From contig MU004185.1 in NCBI GenBank assembly GCA_010093605.1, positions 641,334-705,333 of the forward strand: 64,000 nucleotides of DNA, given 5' to 3'. Shown one piece after another: positions 1-12,842 of the stretch. Position 1 is the stretch's first letter. The number at the start of each line of letters is the position of its first letter. This DNA comes from Lophium mytilinum. Lineage: Eukaryota. The translations under genes were made by a program, and so were the position numbers. Below the pieces are notes generated by a model. The model did no database searches. It worked only from the letters and a program-made list of their open reading frames with translations, and was not told where the DNA came from.

Positions 1-835
1 GCAATCTGCTAGCTTCGGCCTCAGCAGATAAGACGGTGAAGCTATGGGATCTTAACACTGCGAAATGCGCAAAGTCATACTCATATCATACTGACAAGGT
101 CTGCTCGTTAGCATGGCATCCGAAAGAATCTACGGTTCTATTGAGTGGCAGTTACGACAGGACGGTAGTAGCAGCGGATATGCGAGCTCCAGACGCAAAA
201 GCACCACGATGGGGGGTCGAAAGCGATGTTGAGACCGTTAGGTGGGATCCTCATGATCCGAACTTCTTCTATGTATGAAAGCTACTTGCTCATTTGATCT
301 AATCATGCTGACATGCATATAGGTTTCCACTGAAAACGGTGTTATACATTACCACGACGCCAGACTAGCTCCAACACAGCCATCTAAAAGCAAGCCAATC
401 TGGACATTGCAGGCACACGACGAATCGATATCATCATTTGATATCAACCCGATCATACCGGGTTTCTTAGCTACTGGATCCACGGACAAAACAGTCAAGC
501 TGTGGAACATTCAAGCCAGTGGACCTTCTATGGTGGTTTCACGCAACTTGGACGTTGGCAAAGTCTTCTCAACAACTTTTGGACCCGATAAGGAGGTAGG
601 TTTCAGGCTTGCTGTGGCTGGAAGCAAAGGCTCGGTGCAAATTTGGGATACTTCGACCAACGCGGCTGTCCGGGCTGCATTCGCAACCAAGATTGCTCCG
701 GCAAACGGAGAAGTAAAGGAGCGACTGGTTGGACTTCAGGAAGAGGAGACTGATTCGGATTCGGAAGAGGGCGAAGACGAAGAGGCTAGTGGAGAGGAAG
801 CAGGAGCAGAGGGATGGGAATCAATGGAAGAATGA
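1..835 (+). CDS. PWP1: Periodic tryptophan protein 1 (WD40 rRNA-processing factor), 3' part; intron 273-322
   Basis: WD repeats (SADKTVKLWD, LLSGSYDRT, STDKTVKLWN), VSRNLDVGKVF and LAVAGSKGSVQIWD motifs, acidic tail. The GTATGA..CTGAC..TAG intron joins FFY|VSTENG. The 5' end lies outside the window. Confidence 0.9.
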
Positions 836-2176
836 GTACTTCGAGACTTGCAAGCTCGTTGTCAAAGAGCAGGCGCTGCCTTTCAGTCGACCTCGTCTCA
901 CTTCTTTGTATCAGTTAGGCTACAATACCCTCGCCGTTGCGAATAGCGACCAAAAGTAAATCAGAAACTCCAGCCGCGTGCTGCGTCTCATGGACAACTT
1001 GGACCCAGACTGTCTGCCTTGCTCCGCCGGTGAATGATGGTGTTGGATATTGATGAATCGTAACCTATCACCAGCTCCGCCACTGGTGCCGCCGAGGCTG
1101 GTGCACTTGTACACATACCAAGATAGCAGCTTTTTAGCATGAGTTATAACTAATCATCTTCTACAGAGGCGAAGTCAAGAGGCGCTTAGGTTGCAAAGCG
1201 CATGCAGATGGCATGGGCTGGTAGGTCAGACGGCAGCCGGCAGTTCTCAAGATAGGCTTTGACGCTGTTCGATTTCCAGGGCTACTTCGACGCATGTTCG
1301 GTAGCACGGCGGCTAAAAGTAGGGACTGCTGCAGAGCGTTTCGAAACAGCCCTCGTACCGAGAAACTGTGATGGAATCTCGCCCAGCACCCAGCATGCCG
1401 TGAGAGTCAGATCAGCCAATCCACGAGTGGTAAGAAACACATTGGAGCCAAATAAGTCTGAGGTGCTGGTGACGCAGCGTGGAAAGACGGACGGAGGGCC
1501 GTCCATGGATGCAGTCTTCCAGGTCCATACTGCTGTGCATGGAGTGCGAATGATAGCTGTCCGGTGGTCTTCAGCCATGGTTCCCATCGCCCACGCCGCC
1601 TCTCTCCCATTCCACCCCAACACTGGGCGCTCCACGTGCTTGAGGGCGGACCTGAGGCTTTGCAGCATGGCGCGTCGACTGGTGACGGTGGCCGTGAACA
1701 GGCTGTTTCGCTCAAGTCGAAACAGCGCAGTGTTTGCTGCACCACCGGCAGGGGACAGGACAGGGCCCCCGGGCCGTCTGTAACGTGCTGGCGTGCCCTG
1801 GTACGCTCGGCACTGCCGCCGTGGGGCGGTGATTGGGTGTGCTCACGGCGTAGGAGGCGAACTAAAGGGCGCTTTGAGCTGGACGTGGCCCGCTTTGTGC
1901 TCTTGTCCTCCACTCTAGGCGACGCAGCGGGTCACTAGCTCGACTGGGTTTTGCCATCCCCTTCTTCCTCTTCAAGAACCATACCCTCCTCCTCCCACGG
2001 TCTTTTGAGCAATTCGTACCACCACACACTCCCTCGCCGCCAGGCTGTTCAATCCTTACGATAGCTGGCCTTTTCGATCTTTCAAATACTCTCCTTTCAT
2101 CGCTGCTAGCCAGCGTCCCATTTTACCACCCAACCCCAGTACCTACGGACTTCATCACGCGCGCACATCGCCAGCA

Positions 2177-2308
2177 TCGCACCGGGATAAATTCGTCTTG
2201 ATCAAGTTGCCCTCGCCCTTACGCAAACAACGCCCACAAGACACAGTCACCTGTAGCCAAGGGAATCACGTCGCACCGGGTTAAGTCGGTCTTGATCAGA
2301 TCGCCCTC
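2177..2308 (+). repeat. Imperfect 38-nt direct repeat (2177-2214 and 2271-2308) upstream of the 2431 gene
   Basis: tcgcaccgggataaattcgtcttgatcaagttgccctc vs tcgcaccgggttaagtcggtcttgatcagatcgccctc; 31/38 identical, no gaps. Confidence 0.8.
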
Positions 2309-2430
2309 ATCTTCGTCGTCCCCGCATTCCTTTCGCTCGGCAGAACACGATCCTTCCCCGCCGGTCCTTTCTCCCGGATATTGCCCAGGTCTCTAGTCAA
2401 ACAAACTCACGGCTTTCGAACATCGTCACC

Positions 2431-3282
2431 ATGTCTCTCGCCCGTGCTATGACAAAGCGCATGCGCCGCTCAGATGCTCCTCCGGCAGTGCCGACTCGCT
2501 CAGCGAGCGCAAGAAACCCTGGCCAACACATCGACAGGAAGAAGATCTCTATGCCAGTCGCTTTAATCTCAACGACGAACATGCTATCCTACAACGCGCC
2601 GGACATCGCGACCATGCGACATGCCTCGAACGGTTCGACTTCGACACACTTGTCCGGCGACGACTCTGATCACACTACGTCGACAACTAGATCTCGCTCT
2701 TCGTCGAATCATTCCCGCGAAACACTCACCGATGCGTCTTCCGTGGGTTCGTCGCCAACTTCACCAGAGCCAAACCACCTGTCTTGTTACTTCCCGCCAA
2801 CAAACCCCACACGCGAGTCCATATCTTCTGGCAAGGTGATTCGCAAGTCCGAGTCTATGGATTCCATGCCTGCTGCTACTGCAACTCTGTCAAGCCCACC
2901 AATCCCGCAACGGGCGCTTTCTCACAGCAAGCGTGCCCACGAGCGGATTGCCAACAAGCGATCGCTGCAAAACATGAAGCCACCGAGCAGCATCCACGCC
3001 AGAGACTCGAGTCGATCCTTGCGCGAACAACGGATGTCAGTAGACATGTTCAAGAACACCCCTGATGAGCACCCGTTCGGAAAAGAGCTAGAGCAACTCA
3101 ACGAAGTCGTCGAAGAGTTCGGCGGTGTCGCCCGGGACGCTGAGATGGACGAAGACATGGCCGTCATGGCCAAACTCGGCCTCGCCAGCTTCCGTGCTAC
3201 AGACTACTTGAGCGAGATTCAACCGCTCTTCAACAGCTTGTTTGAAACCCGATTCCTTGCTGCGCCAACGGCCTGGATCTAA
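2431..3282 (+). CDS. Conserved fungal hypothetical protein (Ser/Pro-rich, 283 aa)
   Basis: Single ORF with accATG context; conserved-looking blocks ISMPVALISTTNMLSYNAPDI and HPFGKELEQLNEVVEEF. Confidence 0.75.
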   Translation: MSLARAMTKRMRRSDAPPAVPTRSASARNPGQHIDRKKISMPVALISTTNMLSYNAPDIATMRHASNGSTSTHLSGDDSDHTTSTTRSRSSSNHSRETLTDASSVGSSPTSPEPNHLSCYFPPTNPTRESISSGKVIRKSESMDSMPAATATLSSPPIPQRALSHSKRAHERIANKRSLQNMKPPSSIHARDSSRSLREQRMSVDMFKNTPDEHPFGKELEQLNEVVEEFGGVARDAEMDEDMAVMAKLGLASFRATDYLSEIQPLFNSLFETRFLAAPTAWI

Positions 3283-4086
3283 AGCATGATGCAAACTCTC
3301 GACAGGACTGGATCCTTGGATGGACTGGCAGATATTCGGCCCAGATTTTGCCGAATACGCCAGCAGAACCTTCTTGTGCATATTTATATTTACATACACC
3401 CCCTTTGCTTTCGTCACACTCACTTTCGATACTCCCTTTTTTCTTTTGGTCCGGCTCGGGGGCAGGCGGAGTTTGAAGGTACAATATCGAGGTTTCTCCG
3501 TGGAGCCGGTTTTGGGGAGCTGTTTGGCTCCTGTTCACTCATTGATGACGCTACTGATTGCACACCTACTTGACGGTGTATGTTGGTCCCGAGTTACTAT
3601 GCAGACGAGTTGGTGGAGCGCTACGTGAGCACGCTGGTTATGTAGCTTGCTCTAGACAGAATGACGGAAGTTCAGGAAACAAATGGTTCTGACGCTTGTG
3701 ACGTGACGTGGACGCTTTTCGATTCGGTATTCCCGGAATTCCGACTCTTCAGGATGTGATTCAAACATGCATTTAGCAGATCTGCGAAATCTTACCAGAT
3801 GTACGTTTCAAAGCGTTTCGTCTTACCGAGAGGCAGACAGGGCTCGGCGAAACTTACATAGTAAGCGCCGATGGAACTACCTACGTACCAGCAGCAGGAT
3901 AATCTTTTGCTCTTAGCATTCACGACAATACGAGAACAGTGCCCAGAAATTAAAAGTTTCCAGTTTAGAAGATTTCCCTCTTCCGAAAATTGGAAGCCTG
4001 GAAGCCCAAAGCCGATGAACAAGAGTAGTTATCACAAGTCACCCACTCGTGAATTCGGAACTGACAACCCTCAGCCCGCCGCGCAA

Positions 4087-6347
4087 ATGGTCAGCTCAGA
4101 AGAGAAGGACTTTACGGAATGGTTCAACGAATATACAGCGGCGGACGCAAATAAACTCACAAAGAACTCTAAACTCATCCAAGCTGTTAACTCCGACGAC
4201 TTAGACGCGAACTTCGTCGAACAGCACATACGCGACTCAGCACCCAAAAGCCCTGTCACGAAAGGGTTCTGCGCTAAATGTCAAGATCTGTTCAACAATT
4301 GGCCGACATTAGGTGGTTCGTCGACTAGAGAACACGACTCGAAGCCGGATCTAGACCAGGAAGGATGGGACCACGGCGTTGCTCGTCCATGTAGCACTTT
4401 TGAACTGGAAGGCTCGACACGCGCTGGATGCAAGTTCTGCACATTCCTACTGCAACAACTGAAAGACAGCAAATTGCTTGATACTTTTCGCAAGATTGAA
4501 ACCCGACTATACCATCTCAATGACAGTGCCGTGTCTTTTCTGTCCGTCCAGAACTGGGGAACGAATCCACTCCAGCTCTTGTGGCTCAATCTACCAGGCA
4601 AGATCTGCACTTCTTGTAATTCTGGAATAGCTGCGGCAGTGAAATTCCAGTCATCTTTCCTTCCAGCATCAGGTGCGTCACTTTCCATCAGTATAGTATA
4701 AATCTATTACTGACATATTTAGCCGATTGTTACGATGAGCTGCCAGATGTGCTTGACACCGTGGGCAACTGGCTGTCAACTTGCTCGGAAGGCCATGAAC
4801 TCTGTACAAGCAAGGATGACGGCATACTGCCGTCCAGACTGGTCTCAATAGCTGGCGACTCGCCGCGGCTGATATTGACCTCGGCATACCAAACAAGGCC
4901 GCGTTATTCAACACTGTCACACAGTTGGGGATCCCATGATGTCATAAAGCTCACGTCAAAGGATCTAGACGCATTCATGAAGGTGATACCGGTGGACAGG
5001 CTCCCACCTACCTTCAAGGATGCTATCAAAATCACGCGTAGCTTGGGACTAGATCATTGCTGGATTGACTCGCTCTGCATCATCCAAGATTCGGAAGAAG
5101 ATTGGCTGAAGGAGAGCGCCCTGATGAGCTCCGTATATGGTGGATCGACCATCAACATAGCCGCGTCATCTGCGGTCGACAGCAGCCAAGGTTGTTTTAT
5201 GAAGCCACCCGACTTCAGCGGCGGCCTCCGAGCTCGGATCATCGATGGGGGACGAGAAAGAGTGCAGGACTTCCGCAGCTCAGAAGTCTATGACCTTTCA
5301 ACCAGTAAAACTCATTTGGGATCCAGGGCGTGGGCGCTACAAGAGAAAATGCTACCGCCTCGAACGATCCACTTCGGCGATCGAGGTGCCTTCTGGGAAT
5401 GCAGGACGACCATTGCATCCGAGTATTTGCCAGATGGTTTTCCAAGACATCTCGTCTCTCCACTTGTGCGTGGGAGGGGAAAGTTTGAATCGCTCTGGCG
5501 TCAGGTTGTAATGCTCTACTCTGCAGCCAATTTGACATTTGAAAAGGATAAACTACCGGCTCTTTCTGGAGTCGCAAGACTTGGGTTCAACGAGACGGGA
5601 GATCAGTACCTTGCGGGGCTATGGAGACGTCAGATTCTGGAACAGCTATGCTGGCGCAGGTGGAAACCCAAAACCAATTGGAAGCGACTACCATGGCGAG
5701 CACCGTCATGGTCCTGGGCTTCTATCGATGGAAAAGTGACATGGAGATATGTGCAGGAAGGCATCATGGAGGACAAGTACGCTCATGTTTTGGATGCCAG
5801 CACGACTTTGTACGGGCACGATCCGTTCGGCCAAGTCTCTAGTGGAGTGATCCGTCTTGCATGCTCTGCTGTAGCCACCGGATTTTTGGTCCCTTCAATG
5901 CCAGCTAGCAATTCCGAAGGGGAAACCGGCGCTATCGTTGTGTTACGCGCCAGCAATGAAGAACAACAGTTCCCCATCCAGATGGATTGTTTAGACGACA
6001 TCGACAGCGAGAATAAGAAACCGATCTATATCGTGCCTCTCTTAGGTGGTAAGACCGGCTCGGGGATGGCCCCCCACGGCGAAGTAATAATTGATGAGCT
6101 TGTGATTCAGGGCGTTGCGCTTCGAGGTACAGGTGTTAGGAAGGGCGAATTCTCCAGAATCGGCACGTTCGACTTTTACAAGGACAGAGTGACAGGCGCA
6201 GCTACTGAAAGAGGGTTCAACGAGTACTACGATCTTTTTTTGCAGGTGTTGGAGGAACATGGGACAGCGACAGCTGAGGCAGCATGCGCTGAGATTATAT
6301 CGAATTCCGAACATCCGAAGGATAGATACGTTATCACTATCGTATGA
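4087..6347 (+). CDS. Heterokaryon incompatibility (HET) domain protein; intron 4673-4722; start codon uncertain (frame open from 3871)
   Basis: HET motifs LPSRLV, YSTLSHSWG, LPPTFKDAIKITR, WIDSLCIIQD, MSSVYGGS, RAWALQE, DKLPALSG, YLAGLW, APSWSWAS; Cys-containing N-terminal region; GTGCGT..CTGAC..TAG intron joins the two ORFs. Confidence 0.9.
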
Positions 6348-6620
6348 GAGAAAAGAAGGAAAATACAGAGACCGGCTACAAATCTGCACACACTCGTTTG
6401 CCACTGCTGGGGGTGCCCGGTAGGGTGACCACAATGTAGTCGTCATATAAAGATTTAGACAGTATAATCTGGGGTTCCTATTGACTAAGAGGTATCCTCG
6501 CAGTAGGGCTGCCCCTGAAAGTGTCATCCAGCTTGCAAAAGAGGCAATCAAATAGTCATATTTGTGTGCCCAAACTTATGGCCAAATATTATACACGATT
6601 GAAGGCAATACTCCAAAAAG

Positions 6621-7744
6621 CTACAAATCGTCAACGAGCGGGCTAAGCCCTTGCGCAGTCCCAATTTTGTCCTCAAACCGGAACCGTAACCTCTCCACAG
6701 CAGCTCGATCCAGCATAAAATCCCTGAAAGCAGTGACGTTGGTACCTGGCATATCGAAAATAGTAGGGTAGCCGCTGGGTCCAGGAAGGTCGCGGCGTAC
6801 GCTCCAGCCTGACGCTTTCTGATATTCGTCGCTAAGCACGAAGTTGGTCAGCAGCTTCGCGCCTTCAGGGTGCGGTGCGTCGGCGAAGATAGCGCCAGTC
6901 TGTGGCCAGCTGACAAACTGCCCCTGCGTGGGAAACGATACGTTGAGGCTTCCAGAGGAGGTAAGGCCGATTCCAGAGGTGAAGGTTGCGGCGTAGGAAC
7001 CGTTCGAGCTACTGATGAGTGTAGCAGGAGTGGCTGTTCCGCGTACCCAGCGAGGGTTTTGCGCTATCAAGTCGTCGAACCATTGCCAGCCATACTGCTT
7101 GATGCTGATGACTTGGTCAGCAGACTATGACAATCGAGCGGTCGGCGGTTCTGCACTCACATCAGATCAAACTGGAACGCAACAGCGTCATCGTCATTTG
7201 GGTAAGTGAGCGCCAGCTTATCCTTGAACACAGGCTTCAGGTAGTCTGTATATTCCTTCGGCGCGCTAGCAGCGTCAACTTTGCCAGTATTCCAGATGTT
7301 GGACCAGGAGAAGATAAACACGCCGTAGTACGCGCCTTCGCTGTCCTTAAATTGATCGAATATGTTCTTGAATTCCAAAGGTTGGTAGTTCAGCAGCGCG
7401 TTTTCGGACTTCCATCTGGGGAAATCGTGAAGAGATTGAAGGAAAGTGGCGTCGACGTAGAGATTATTTGCTGCGAGCTGCTCATCGATCCTGCCATCGT
7501 GGTACTTGGACAAGTCTACGGTGACGTTTAATGTCATTCCTGGAAAGCGGGTTTCGAAGGCCTCTTTCAGGCCGTTCTGTTGATCCTTTTCATCTCCACC
7601 AGCCCAAAGGTTCACGACGCCGCCTTCTGCTTTCGCAGCTTCGTGGATCTGATCTAGAGATCTGGTTTCAATGTCGGCAGTGCAGTAGCCTCCAGACACT
7701 GCTAAGCTGCCAATGAGGAAGCCTAATGTGGAAAGAGAACGCAT
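6621..7744 (-). CDS. Secreted solute-binding protein of the bacterial ABC periplasmic-binding type II (Fe3+/thiamine/polyamine-like); intron 7105-7160
   Basis: Signal-peptide-like N-terminus; motifs AAKAEGGVV, GGD, DLSKYHD, QSLHDFPRWK, YPNDDDAV, PRWVRGTATP, APHPEGAKL. The splice gives FDL|IIKQYGWQWF. Confidence 0.8.
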
Positions 7745-8326
7745 AGATAAAAAAGTTGATGAGATGCAGGTGATTGGATCCGACTTACTTGAGGTAGTCG
7801 AGGATGTGGTAATCTATATACGTTAGGCCATCCGGTGTACCCCCTACTCCGACACTGATACTCGAGCATGGCCTTACAAATGCCGAGTGCCAATACTTGA
7901 AGCTGTCTGTGCGAGTGCGGGTCGATTCCGCCGCATATAGATGATCATCGCCTATACGAATGATTCGTCCTCATGGGGAAGTAGAGTGGACCTGACGAAA
8001 CGCCAAGGCCGCCCAAATTTCCGAGTAGTGCTTTCATCATGGGCTGCTACCAGAGTTCGGACTCCCTATTGATGCTTACGAAAGATGTTATATGTCTTAC
8101 ATGCAACATCGTTGAGGCACAGAGAGATCACTACTGGTTCCTTGGATGACAGCATTGCGAGCCTACAGGTTAGTAATGAAGAGTGTAATGCTTGCAAACG
8201 AGAAGGGTGAAAGTGAACGAGGCTATTGTAGATCACGTGCCGGATATCGGAGAAACCATATTCCATCTCGATCTCCAAAAGTCCTCCACAGCATGTATCC
8301 CATGAATCCATCCAATATATCCAACA

Positions 8327-9155
8327 ATGATTTGCCAACGATGCCTGCGGGCCTCTTCGCGCCTAAGACCCTCTCATCGCTCTTCAATTATCAGTCCTTC
8401 GACTAGCACGCTCAATCCCGCGCCGCTACTCCGCATACCTCACCTCTCCTTCTCCACCACCAGCTCACAGCAAACACAACCTACACAACCCCAATCCGCT
8501 CCTCCACCCGCCGCGACCTCAACCTCTGCCGCACAGCCTTTCAGCACCCCCCTAACGCCCTCTCCAGCCGCTGAAGGCACACCCACCAAACCAGCGCCCA
8601 CCGCATCCGTCGTCACCCTCTCCTCCGTGCCAGCGGGGACGCCGCTCAAAGGCCTAAACTTTCTCAAAAACGCGCAGGATCCAGTAGCATTAGAAGACTC
8701 GGAGTATCCGAGCTGGTTATGGGATATTCTGAAGAAGGAGGAGACGAAGGGCGATGGGGCGGGCGAGGGAGATTTGTTCTGTATGTTTTTATCTCTCCTC
8801 ACTATCTGCAATCCACGAATGCTACAACAATTCTTTTGGAATCCGGGATTAGAAATCAGTTGCTTCCAAGGTACGAGCTTTAGAGAAGTAAGAGTGCTAA
8901 TTGCATGCGATAGCTAAATCAAAGAAACAACGTCGACTCGCTGCAAAACGTCTGCGCAAGCAGGAACTACGCGACCCTGACGCTCTCGCGCCTAAGATCC
9001 CGATATATGAGCAATCGATTGATTTGCCGGCTGGCAATGGCACTGTGCAGGGTGCGATCCAGGCTGCGGCTGTGCGCAAGGAGCTACAGAAGGCGATGCG
9101 CGTGAAGCGACGCGGTACTATCAAGGAAGGCAATTTCTTGAAGACGATGGGCTAA
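8327..9155 (+). CDS. MRPL37: Mitochondrial large-subunit ribosomal protein mL54 (yeast MRPL37); intron 8781-8913
   Basis: Arg/Ser-rich presequence MICQRCLR; SSVPAGTPLKGLNFLK..DPVALEDSEYPSWLW; C-terminal IKEGNFLK. The splice gives DLFSKSKKQRR. Confidence 0.85.
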
Positions 9156-10837
9156 AGATATCTATCGATACCTAAGACGAGTATGAAGGATAGACTGGTG
9201 TATAAAATCTGTTGTAAACGGGCTCTGCTCTTGGCTCAGCGAGAGTCGGAGTAGCAGAAGCATTGAAGTGTATCATATGCGTCATACGCAAGAATTGTAC
9301 CATATTGCTCGCCAAAGTATATCAGAATGTACGCTTTGTCGTGTCAACTTCTCACCAGGCTATGTACTCTTTGTTCCCACGCGGAATGCCCTTCGCACCA
9401 CTCCTGGGTAGGTCTCATTCTATCATTCTCACCTCCCTCTAGTCCGCTTTGCCAAGGTAGCGCCCTCGACTTTTCGTCCGTGCCTTGCGTTCGATTTTGC
9501 CTCTCTTTCATCATCTCAAAGTCATGACACTCCAAATCAAGCTACAGAATTAGGTCAAATTACAATACATTATGATGTACAAACGGGAGCCAGTCCGTGC
9601 GATCCGCACTCGGTTTGAGCATGTTATTGTTCCACACCTCGAATCAGGAGAGGAAATCAGATGCGCCTTTTCTCACCCAAAGGGACACAGGAAGCGCTCC
9701 CAACATAGCAGGAACGTGTCAGTCGGCAACCCGATGAGGTCTGGGGTTGCGTTTTTGGTATTTTCACGTGTTGTGAGGCTCGATACACGCCGCCTTCTAT
9801 GTAAAGAACCTTTTTGATCTGAAACTAGACTTGGACTTGAGCTAACATCCAGAGCATGAAGACCGTTGTGGACAGCAAGGTTCAACGTTGTCTAGCTACC
9901 CAGCGTGTCCACCTCCCCTCGCCCAAGATCTATCAAAGTAAGTCTCGCGCGGTCAGATTCGTCATACTTGCTCACATTTATGGACGGGAAAGACCCCCAC
10001 CGTTGGGATACCCGGTGTACCTTCGCCTCTCACCTAACGTCTACTAGAATAATCATTACGCGGTTCAATCCGTTACTTTTACTCATGTTAGTACACTCAG
10101 AGGGCGCACGTTCTCTATAGGCAAAGCGTGTCTATAAAATTCACTCGATGCTTACCAAAATGGGCTTCACCCGGTTCGATTCGTTACTATTTCTCACAAA
10201 CTTGCAGGAAAAGGGCTTCCGCGTTGCAACTCCATCAGAAATCCATACAGCGTAGACTCGTTCACGCGGCGTCTACCAACCCATCTTCAAGCGGTTCGAT
10301 GCGTTGCTCTTACCCATGTTAGGACAGGCTATGGCTCTATGTTGCGTTGACCTACCTATCGTAGAGTATGCAAGGTCCGAATAAGCACGCGAGGTCTATG
10401 AATTTCCTAATCAGCACTTCGATCCAGGAGTTTTACCACATTTTACGGCAAACTAATAGACAACGGGAAAATGATAGGATCTAGAGTCAGGATAGCATTC
10501 AGCCTCACACTAGCCCAAAAAGCTCTTTGGAGAACAGGAGAAGTAATATGTACAGAGGAGTGTAATCCAACACCCCACCGAGTAGGGAGGGAAAGCTCCC
10601 GTGAAGTTTTAGAAAGTATTCGATACGAGAAGGAGCCCCCAATAGCCAAGGCTGGGATATCCAACCAGAAAGGGACGACAAGATTCAAAACTCCACAAGC
10701 CAAAACGCCCCCGCTTTGAACTAAAACCGCAAGCTCCAACGCTCGATGCCGCGAAGAATGCTCAAGAAAGGAAGAATAAAGGAACTCGTATAAGCATGAT
10801 TCTTCAAAAAGTATTAACCAACTGACGAGACGAGCAC

Positions 10838-12645
10838 CTATCCAACCTCCAGCAAGTCTCTTATCTTCGCGTAAAAACTCGCGGGATACTGTCTTATTTC
10901 CTCATCGGTTGGTGGTCCCTTCTTTGGATCTCTAAACCTGTCCGCTACGCGTTGGATGATCTGGCCGAGCAGCTCTTGCGGGATTCGTAGGTCTTCGCCA
11001 GCGTCGGGGTACAGGAACGGGTCTCGTTCATTCAGGAGAGAAGCTATTGAAGGTCGACGGGATGAGTCTCGCTGGAGGCAATGCCGCAACGTTGATCGTA
11101 GGCCGGCAGGCACCTTGACACCGCCAACACCCGTCGGAGGGTATTCAATGTTGACCGAGGGATTTACAATGGCCATGACGCGGTGGATCTGATTCGGGAT
11201 ATGTGCAAATGGAGGCCGTCCGTACACCATCTGATACAATATGCAGCCGAGACTCCACACATCACTTGGCTTCCCTAGCTTCATCATCTTTCCCAAGCTA
11301 GCACCAGGCTGTGCTCGCATTCCTGCGTTGGTGTCTTCCAGAGATTCGGGCGACATGTAGTTGGGTGTTCCCACATGGCTGTCCCGGTGGACATTGACGG
11401 TGTTGTCAATATCAATTGCGTTTGCGATACCGAAATCGATTAACTTTAGGCGCCCTGAGCATAATAGGAAGTTGGCTGGCTTGAGATCCGAATGCACTAT
11501 ATCATACTCGTGCACCGCGGCCACACATTCGAGCATCTCTTTCCAATAGTACCGCGTGAAACACAGGTCGAGCTTTGCGTCTTCGGGGTCGAGCTTCATA
11601 TGTAGGACGCGCGCAAGATCGGATTCGCCAATTTCCATGAGCTATCGCTTGCGTTAGCAAATATGTATCACTTCAAAAGTCTGGCTCAACTTACGACGCT
11701 GAGAATCTGCCTGTTATCGTCCACTTCCCAATCAAACAATCGTACAACCCTTTCAACATCATCCAGTTTCCGTAGTAGATCGATTTCGCCTTTGTAGCCG
11801 CGGACAGCGCATTCGTCGGCGTCTTCTAATTTTACTCTCTTCAATGCAAACATCTTCGTGTTTTCCGCCATAACTCGATAGACTTCCGAACTTCCACCCT
11901 TCCCAAGCTTCCCCATATGCGAGTATTGCTTTCCATTCACAGTCATGTGGCCGCGTTTCCGTCGCTCGCGGGTTTTCGTAGTCGCCGCCCCCGCTGCCGC
12001 TGTTGCAGTTTCCAATACAGACATCTTGGGCGGTGGGGGCGGCGGCGCTGGTCTCCGGGGTGTGTTGACGCTGACCTGGGATAATGGCATTGGCTTCTCC
12101 TCGCGCTGAGCTAAGGGCTGCCCAGTTGGTCGCTGGATGCTCTCGACCTTCATCATTATAGGCTCTGCCTTTGACTCTTGCCTGATCACTGATGGCGGGA
12201 GATTTTCCTGGTCCTGCGACGGTGGGTGGTCATCGTCTCCCTGGGGCGTCCGCCGTATTTTCCTCATAGGTGCTCCGCGCACTTGAACTCTCTTGATACG
12301 CAATGACGGCGCTGGCGTGATAGTATTTTGGACCGGCGTATTTGATTCTGATCCTGAGCCATTTCGAGATATGCGCAGCTTCGGCCTCCGTGTCTGCTTC
12401 TCGGGCGAGTTGATCTCGTTCTGCGCGAGAAGGGCGGTTGTCAGAGCGCTCAGCTTCATAGGCTGGGGCACCTCGTCGTCAGAGCTGTCGCCAATGTTGA
12501 TGTTCTGCATCATGGGCGCGTCGGCAGAGAAGCCATGGGATTGTCCAAGCACGGAGAGCGGCGAGTCTCGTCGCGAAAAGGGTCGAGTCGAGGGCTGTCG
12601 CATGCGGTTATAAGCGCCGAGGGGGGTGGGCGAAGCGGTCGCCAT
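10838..12645 (-). CDS. MPS1: Mps1/Mph1 (TTK family) spindle-checkpoint kinase; intron 11642-11694
   Basis: GKGGSSEVYRV, FALKRV, GYKGEIDLL, HSDLKPANFL, LKLIDFGIANAI, RDSHVGTPNYMSPE, SDVWSLGCILYQMVYG; ATG at 12645. Confidence 0.93.
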
Positions 12646-12834
12646 TGTTTTAAATGTTATGTACGGTGCAAGAGCAGAGTAACGAATGTCTCCTGTGTTA
12701 GTAGCTGTCCATACATGTAGGGCGCGGGGCGGCGGTGTATCGATGCTGCGGAAGCAAAGTTTGAGGTCGCGGTCGGAGCGCGATGGGGACTTGCGGACGT
12801 TTTGGTGTCGTGGTTGCCCCATGAACCGCCGAGC

Positions 12835-12842
12835 GTAAACAA
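12835..12842. promoter_or_regulatory. Forkhead-type GTAAACAA site upstream of MPS1
   Basis: Exact GTAAACAA about 190 nt upstream of the ATG of a mitotic kinase; function is inference only. Confidence 0.3.

Noticed and set aside
1259..1938. ORFs of 124-174 aa on both strands
   Set aside because: Mutually overlapping with no motifs; likely the promoter of the 2431 gene.
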